Source: a virus
Lineage: Duplodnaviria > Heunggongvirae > Uroviricota > Caudoviricetes
IMG/VR virus record: IMGVR_UViG_2675903352_000003
Span: 1 to 11,716 of that record
Direction: 5' to 3' (one strand)
DNA length: 11,716 bases
The notes under the pieces were generated by a model that was not told the origin of the DNA, made no database searches, and saw only the letters and a list, made by a program, of their open reading frames with translations. Positions 6,863-11,716 of the stretch are shown here, piece by piece. The position numbers and the translations under genes are program-made. The first letter of the stretch is position 1, and every line of letters begins with the position of its first letter.

Positions 6863-9800
6863 ATGGCAGAGCAGACCTCACGTCTTGCAATAATTATTGA
6901 TAGCTCTGGAGCGAAAAATAATGCTGATAATCTGACCTCATCATTAGTCAAAATGACGCAGGCCGGGGAAACTGCTGCAAATAGCGCAGGGAAAGTGACT
7001 AAGGCAACAGAAGACGAGAAGAACGCGCTCGCAAAATTAAAAGCAGCTATTGATCCAGTTGGTGCCGCAATTGATACTGTCGGTCGACGCTATTCTGAAT
7101 TAAAGAAATATTTCGATAAAGGGCTTATTGATAAAGAAGAATATGAATTTCTTGCCCGTAAACTTAATGAAACCACAGAGGAATTGAGCGGGGTTGCGCA
7201 AGCGCAGAGAGAGGCCGAGAAGGCCGGAAAACTTGCTGCCGCCCAGCAGGAAGCGCAGGCTCAGGCCTTTCAAAGAATGCTGGACAAGATCGACCCTCTG
7301 GCTGCGGCGCTAAGAAATCTTGATCAACAGCAGGATGAACTTAATGCTGCACTTTTTTCCGGGAAAATAAATGGCTCTCAGTTTGATAATTACAGCCGAA
7401 AAATACAGGAAACGCGGCGAGAGCTAACAGGAGAGGCTCAGGCAGAACGAGAAGCAGCAAAAGCGCATGATGAACAAGTTGCTGCTTTGCAACGTCTGAT
7501 TGCTCAACTCGATCCTGTTGGAACAGCTTTTAACCGCCTGACAGAGCAGCAAAAGCAACTCAGCGAAGCAAAAGCCAAGGGGATGCTTTCTCCTGAAATG
7601 TATGAGGAGCTTTCAGGAAAACTCCATGCTATGCGGAGTGAGCTTGAGGCTACTCAATCGCAACTCAGCAAAACCGGAATGTCAGCAAAACAAACGGCTT
7701 TTGCTATGCGCATGTTGCCTGCACAAATGACGGATATTGTTGTTGGGTTGTCCACTGGTCAGTCGCCATTTATGGTGTTAATGCAGCAGGGCGGCCAGCT
7801 AAAAGATATGTTCGGTGGGATTGGCCCGGCGATCAAAGGTGTTGGTTCTTATGTGCTGGGATTAATTAATCCTTTTACCCTGGCCGCAGCAGCCGTTGGC
7901 GCCTTGGGGCTAGCTTACTATAAAGGTTCTCAGGAGCAGGACGAATTTAATAAATCTCTTATTCTTACCGGAAATCAGTTGGGGACAACCAGCGGGCAAT
8001 TAGCCGATATAGCTCAACGTGCCGGGGATGCTGCTGATTCGACAACTGGCGCTGCGGCGGCAGTATTAAACCAGCTTGTGCGTTCGGGAAAGGTCGCGAG
8101 CAGTTCGCTGGAGCAGGTGACGACAGCGATAGTAAAAACGAGCGAATTAACTGGAATATCGACCGATCAACTGGTTAATAATTTCAATGAAATTGCAAAG
8201 GATCCTGTCAGTGCCATATCAAAACTTAATGATCAGTACCATTTTCTGACACTGGCGACTTATAACCAGATTAAGGCGCTACAGGATGAAGGGAACCAGC
8301 AGGAGGCGGCCCGCATTGCGACAGAAGCATACTCATCCTCAATGATCCAGCGCACCAACCAGATTAAAGAAAATCTTGGTTATCTTGAGACTGCATGGAA
8401 AGCTGTCGCAGACTCCGCAAAATGGGCATGGGATTCCATGCTGGATATTGGCCGTGAGGCCTCCCTTGATCAAAAAATCTCAGATGTTCTCCGTCAAATT
8501 GATGAAATAGAAAAAAATACCCGACCCGGAGTTTTCGGGTTAGGTGGCATTGGAGATGGCGGAGCTCAAAATAAAAGGCTGGCACGATTAAAGCAGCAAT
8601 TGGGCGTACTTCAAGCAGAAAAAATTGCTCAGGACGTACTAAATTCATCAATAAACGATTACAACAAGCGACAACAGGAAGGAATTGAACTCAGACAGAG
8701 AGCAGATGCCTTTTCAAAACAATATCAGACCCGGGAGCAGCAGAGAGCTAGTGAACTTGCAAAACTGGAAAAACTAAAGAGTCAGTATTCAAAGGAAGAA
8801 TATAATAATCTTATCGCTCAAATAAATGAGCGTTATAAAGATCCAAAGCAACCAAAGGCGAAAGGTTATTCGGATGATGCAGCCCAACGAATGATTGATC
8901 ATCTGAATCAACAGAATGCGTTACTAAGTTCACAAACTGAATTAACCGTTAAATTAAGTTCCTCTGAACAGGAACTGGTTAAGTGGCGTCAGCAGATTGC
9001 CGACCTGGAGTCACGACCGTCATCAAAATTAACTAAGGATCAGAAATCGCTTCTCTTACACCGGGAAGAAATAACCGCGTTGATGGAGAAAAATGTTGCG
9101 ATTGAAAAAAATAACAGGCTAATCAAGGAGTCAGCCGAAATAGCCGCATGGCGTAGTTCATTGCAGGCTTCTATTGATAATCATCAGCAGGGGTATGACA
9201 TTCAGATCGCTGGTTATGGACTTGGCGATAAAAATCAGCAACGTCAGCAGGAATTACTGCGGATTGAACGTGAATATAACAACCGGCGTCTGCAACTTGA
9301 ACGTGACTATGCGGATAAATCTCGTGGAATGTCTGAACGTGTTTTTCAGGAAAAAATACAGGTCCTGAATGATGCTGTGGAGCGGGAAAAAGAAATTATC
9401 AGGCAGAAAAATGAGCAGCTCGATATTCAGGCTGGAGACTGGGTAAGTGGGGCGTCCCAAGGATTCAATAACTGGTTGGATAACACTAAGGATATCAGCG
9501 GGCAGATAAAATCAACCACGACTCAGATGTTTGATGGGATGACAGATGCGCTTGGTGATTTTGTCACGACAGGTAAGGCAAATTTTCGTTCTTTCGCTAC
9601 CTCCGTGATTTCAGATCTTAGCAGAATAGCATTAAAGGCTTCAATTACCGGGATTTTCGACAGCATTAGCAACAGTTCTTCTGGGGGAATTTTAGGAACT
9701 ATCGGAAGTGCTGTTAGTAAATTTATTCCTAATGCAAAGGGCGGTATTTATGAGTCTCCATCATTGAGTACATATTCAAACGGTATTTATGATTCCCCGC

Positions 9801-10096
9801 AATTTTTTGCTTTTGCAAAAGGTGCTGGTGTTTTTGGTGAGGCTGGACCGGAAGCTATTATGCCATTAACACGAACTTCCGATGGTTCTCTTGGTGTCAG
9901 GGCGATTAATAATAAAGGCGGTAATGGAGGCGGAGACATTAATTACTCTCCTGTATATCAAATTACTATCAAAAATGACGGACAGAATGGAGAGATTGGC
10001 CCTCAGGCAATTAGAACACTTATGGGAATGGTTGATCAGCGAGTGCAGGGCACTTTGTTAAATATGCGACGTGATGGAGGAATGTTAAGTGGCTGA
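6863..10096 (+). CDS. H: tail tape measure protein (lambda gpH homologue)
   Basis: 1077-aa ORF with AGGAG at 6849-6853 nine nt upstream of the ATG. It contains [39 protein letters not shown], which I recognise as matching the conserved segment of lambda H ([11 protein letters not shown]...GGQSPW..LQQGGQVKDSFGG), and a C-terminus [13 protein letters not shown]...[10 protein letters not shown] matching lambda H NDGTNGQIGPAAL...MRDGGLFSG. Long central charged coiled-coil-like region. Confidence 0.95.
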   Translation: MAEQTSRLAIIIDSSGAKNNADNLTSSLVKMTQAGETAANSAGKVTKATEDEKNALAKLKAAIDPVGAAIDTVGRRYSELKKYFDKGLIDKEEYEFLARKLNETTEELSGVAQAQREAEKAGKLAAAQQEAQAQAFQRMLDKIDPLAAALRNLDQQQDELNAALFSGKINGSQFDNYSRKIQETRRELTGEAQAEREAAKAHDEQVAALQRLIAQLDPVGTAFNRLTEQQKQLSEAKAKGMLSPEMYEELSGKLHAMRSELEATQSQLSKTGMSAKQTAFAMRMLPAQMTDIVVGLSTGQSPFMVLMQQGGQLKDMFGGIGPAIKGVGSYVLGLINPFTLAAAAVGALGLAYYKGSQEQDEFNKSLILTGNQLGTTSGQLADIAQRAGDAADSTTGAAAAVLNQLVRSGKVASSSLEQVTTAIVKTSELTGISTDQLVNNFNEIAKDPVSAISKLNDQYHFLTLATYNQIKALQDEGNQQEAARIATEAYSSSMIQRTNQIKENLGYLETAWKAVADSAKWAWDSMLDIGREASLDQKISDVLRQIDEIEKNTRPGVFGLGGIGDGGAQNKRLARLKQQLGVLQAEKIAQDVLNSSINDYNKRQQEGIELRQRADAFSKQYQTREQQRASELAKLEKLKSQYSKEEYNNLIAQINERYKDPKQPKAKGYSDDAAQRMIDHLNQQNALLSSQTELTVKLSSSEQELVKWRQQIADLESRPSSKLTKDQKSLLLHREEITALMEKNVAIEKNNRLIKESAEIAAWRSSLQASIDNHQQGYDIQIAGYGLGDKNQQRQQELLRIEREYNNRRLQLERDYADKSRGMSERVFQEKIQVLNDAVEREKEIIRQKNEQLDIQAGDWVSGASQGFNNWLDNTKDISGQIKSTTTQMFDGMTDALGDFVTTGKANFRSFATSVISDLSRIALKASITGIFDSISNSSSGGILGTIGSAVSKFIPNAKGGIYESPSLSTYSNGIYDSPQFFAFAKGAGVFGEAGPEAIMPLTRTSDGSLGVRAINNKGGNGGGDINYSPVYQITIKNDGQNGEIGPQAIRTLMGMVDQRVQGTLLNMRRDGGMLSG
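7046..7672 (+). repeat. three tandem divergent copies of a ~70-80-aa module in the N-terminal region of the tape measure protein (protein-level repeat)
   Basis: Translated copies align: [23 protein letters not shown]...[30 protein letters not shown]; [24 protein letters not shown]...[29 protein letters not shown]; [24 protein letters not shown]...[28 protein letters not shown]. The DNA copies are diverged, so the duplication is old. Confidence 0.6.
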
Positions 10097-10421
10097 AGAA
10101 TTCCACTGGTTACCAGAGGATGGAATGAAAACAGAAAATAAACCATCGATAAAAACTGTAAGATTTGGCGATGGTTATGAGCAACGAAGTCCAAATGGAC
10201 TTAATCATTCTCTACGTGTTTTCACCTGTGATTTCAAGGTTGAGGCGAATGAACGTGATTCATTCGAAAATTTTTTAGCACGGCATGGAGGCTATAAATC
10301 TTTTTTTTGGCGTCCACCTGGTGTTAACAGAAAAATCAGAGTGGTGTGTCGAACGTGGTCAGCTACAGAACATATCACCTATACCGATTTTTCGTGTCAG
10401 TTTGATGAAGTGGTGATCTGA
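10089..10421 (+). CDS. M: minor tail protein M (lambda gpM homologue)
   Basis: 110-aa ORF starting at GTG 10089, with GGAGG at 10076-10080 eight nt upstream; it overlaps the end of H by 8 nt. The N-terminus [28 protein letters not shown] aligns with lambda M as I recall it (KTFRWKVKPGMDVASVPSVRKVRFGDGY), and size matches lambda M (109 aa). Divergent from lambda overall. Confidence 0.85.
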   Translation: MAEEFHWLPEDGMKTENKPSIKTVRFGDGYEQRSPNGLNHSLRVFTCDFKVEANERDSFENFLARHGGYKSFFWRPPGVNRKIRVVCRTWSATEHITYTDFSCQFDEVVI

Positions 10422-11119
10422 TGCAGGATATCCGGCAGGAAACACTGAATGAGTGTACAAAAGCGGAGCAATCCGCGCTGATCGTGCTCTGGGAAGTCGA
10501 TCTGACAGAGGTCGGCGGAGAGCGTTATTTTTTCTGTAATGAGCAGAACGAAAAAGACGAACCAGTCACCTGGCAGGGGCGGCAGTATCAGGCGTACCCC
10601 ATTCAGGGGAGCGGATTTGAGATGAACGGTAAAGGAGCCAGCGCCAGGCCAACTCTGAAAGTCTCTAATCTGCACGGCATGGTCACCGGGATGGTGGAAG
10701 ATTTGCAGAGTCTGGTCGGCGGAACGGTGGTCAGGCGTAAGGTTTACGCCCGTTTTCTGGATGCGGTGAACTTCGTCAACGGAAACATCGAGGCAGACCC
10801 GGAGCAGGAGGCGATCAGCCGCTGGCGCATCGAGCAGTGCAGCGAACTGAGCGCGGTCAGTGCCTCCTTTGTGCTCTCCACACCGACGGAAACGGACGGC
10901 ACTGTTTTTCCGGGACGTATCATGCTGGCCAACACCTGCACCTGGACCTATCGCGGCGATGAGTGCGGTTATAGCGGTCCGGCGGTCGCGGATGAATATG
11001 ACCAGCCAACGTCCGATATCACGAAGGATAAATGCAGCAAATGCCTGAGTGGCTGTAAGTTCCGCAATAACGTCGCCAACTTTGGCGGCTTCCTTTCCAT
11101 TAACAAACTTTCGCAGTAA
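10421..11119 (+). CDS. L: minor tail protein L (lambda gpL homologue), C-terminal Cys cluster
   Basis: 232-aa ORF. Its ATG overlaps the M stop by 1 nt (tgATG). [12 protein letters not shown]...VGGERYFFCNEQNEK...GRIMLANTCTWTYRGDECGYSGP...KDKCSKCLSGCKFRNN matches lambda gpL almost residue-for-residue from memory, with the same length. The C-terminal cysteines correspond to the reported iron-sulfur cluster ligands of lambda gpL. Confidence 0.95.
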   Translation: MQDIRQETLNECTKAEQSALIVLWEVDLTEVGGERYFFCNEQNEKDEPVTWQGRQYQAYPIQGSGFEMNGKGASARPTLKVSNLHGMVTGMVEDLQSLVGGTVVRRKVYARFLDAVNFVNGNIEADPEQEAISRWRIEQCSELSAVSASFVLSTPTETDGTVFPGRIMLANTCTWTYRGDECGYSGPAVADEYDQPTSDITKDKCSKCLSGCKFRNNVANFGGFLSINKLSQ

Positions 11120-11123
11120 ACCC

Positions 11124-11716
11124 ATGACAGAAACAGAATCAGCGATTCTGGCGCACGCCCGGCGATGTGCGCCAGCGGAGTCGTGCGGCTTCGTGGTGAG
11201 AACGCCGGAGGGAGAAAGATATTTTCCCTGCGTGAATATCTCCGGTGAGCCGGAGGATTATTTCAGGCTGTCGACGGAGGACTGGCTGCAGGCAGAAATG
11301 CAGGGGGAGATTGTGGCGCTGGTCCACAGCCACCCCGGTGGTCTGCCCTGGCTGAGTGAGGCTGACCGGCGGCTGCAGGTGCAGAGTGATTTGCCGTGGT
11401 GGCTGGTCTGCCGGGGTGAGATTCACAAGTTCCGCTGTGTGCCACATCTTACCGGGCGGCGCTTTGAACACGGGGTGACGGACTGTTACACGCTGTTCCG
11501 GGACGCTTACCATCTGGCGGGAATTGAGATGCCGGATTTTCACCGCGGGGATGACTGGTGGCGTAACGGTCAGAATCTCTATCTGGATAATCTGGAGGCC
11601 ACAGGGCTGTATCAGGTGCCGTTGTCAGCGGCGCAGCCGGGCGATGTGCTGCTGTGCTGTTTTGGTTCATCGGTGCCGAATCATGCCGCCATTTACTGTG
11701 GTGACGGCGAGCTGCT
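11124..11716 (+). CDS. K: tail assembly protein K (lambda gpK homologue), 3'-truncated by window end
   Basis: ATG at 11124, 4 nt after the L stop, open to the window end (not in the ORF track because no stop is reached). Translation MTETESAILAHARRCAPAESCGFVV...EIVALVHSHPGGLPWLSEADRR...GVTDCYTLFRDAYHLAG carries a JAMM/MPN-type motif (HSHPGG...SEAD) followed by an NlpC/P60-like Cys (DCYTLF), as in lambda K. Confidence 0.9.
   Translation, partial: MTETESAILAHARRCAPAESCGFVVRTPEGERYFPCVNISGEPEDYFRLSTEDWLQAEMQGEIVALVHSHPGGLPWLSEADRRLQVQSDLPWWLVCRGEIHKFRCVPHLTGRRFEHGVTDCYTLFRDAYHLAGIEMPDFHRGDDWWRNGQNLYLDNLEATGLYQVPLSAAQPGDVLLCCFGSSVPNHAAIYCGDGEL

Noticed and set aside
9265-9341. Three copies of TGAACGTG spaced 33 and 36 nt apart inside H, which looked like a periodic binding-site array
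   Set aside because: They are in-frame and encode repeated Glu-Arg (IEREY / LERDY / SERVF) in the charged coiled-coil region of the tape measure protein; codon-level repetition is the simpler explanation.
10397-11125. 242-aa ORF on the minus strand spanning the whole of L
   Set aside because: It is antisense to a gene matching lambda L essentially residue-for-residue. The region is GC-rich, which suppresses stop codons in all frames. No SD, and the product is Arg/Ala/Gly-rich low complexity typical of reverse-frame artefacts.
11139-11543. 134-aa and 60-73-aa minus-strand ORFs antisense to K
   Set aside because: Same reasoning: GC-rich antisense frames of a conserved lambda-like K gene, with Pro/Ala/Arg-rich products.
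1-11716. Looked for CRISPR repeats, tRNA or rRNA genes, IS or transposase ORFs, integrase and att-like long direct repeats
   Set aside because: Nothing seen: no minus-strand gene of credible size, no regularly spaced direct repeats outside coding-level repeats, and no long non-coding stretch other than the 164-bp T-H spacer.

Overview
This 11.7-kb window is a single, tightly packed, all-plus-strand late (virion structural) operon of a lambdoid siphovirus, most likely a phage or prophage of an enterobacterium. Left to right: a Mu-F-like head morphogenesis gene, a scaffold-like gene, the major capsid gene, a small unassigned gene, four neck/head-tail joining genes, the major tail gene, the G / G-T tail assembly chaperone pair with a programmed -1 frameshift site, a 1077-aa tape measure gene (lambda H homologue), then tail-tip genes M, L and K (K runs off the 3' end). 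L and K look almost identical to phage lambda while everything upstream is divergent and more AT-rich, so the module is mosaic. I see no tRNA, rRNA, CRISPR array, IS element, integrase or recognisable defence/toxin cargo, and I could not identify a clearly novel non-structural system. The items worth a second look are architectural: three cUUCGg-tetraloop terminator hairpins, the frameshift site, a triplicated N-terminal module in the tape measure protein, an unusual 164-bp non-coding spacer before H, and one unassigned 74-aa gene. All functional calls rest on gene order, size and motifs recognised by eye; no database search was run, and comparisons to lambda proteins are from memory.
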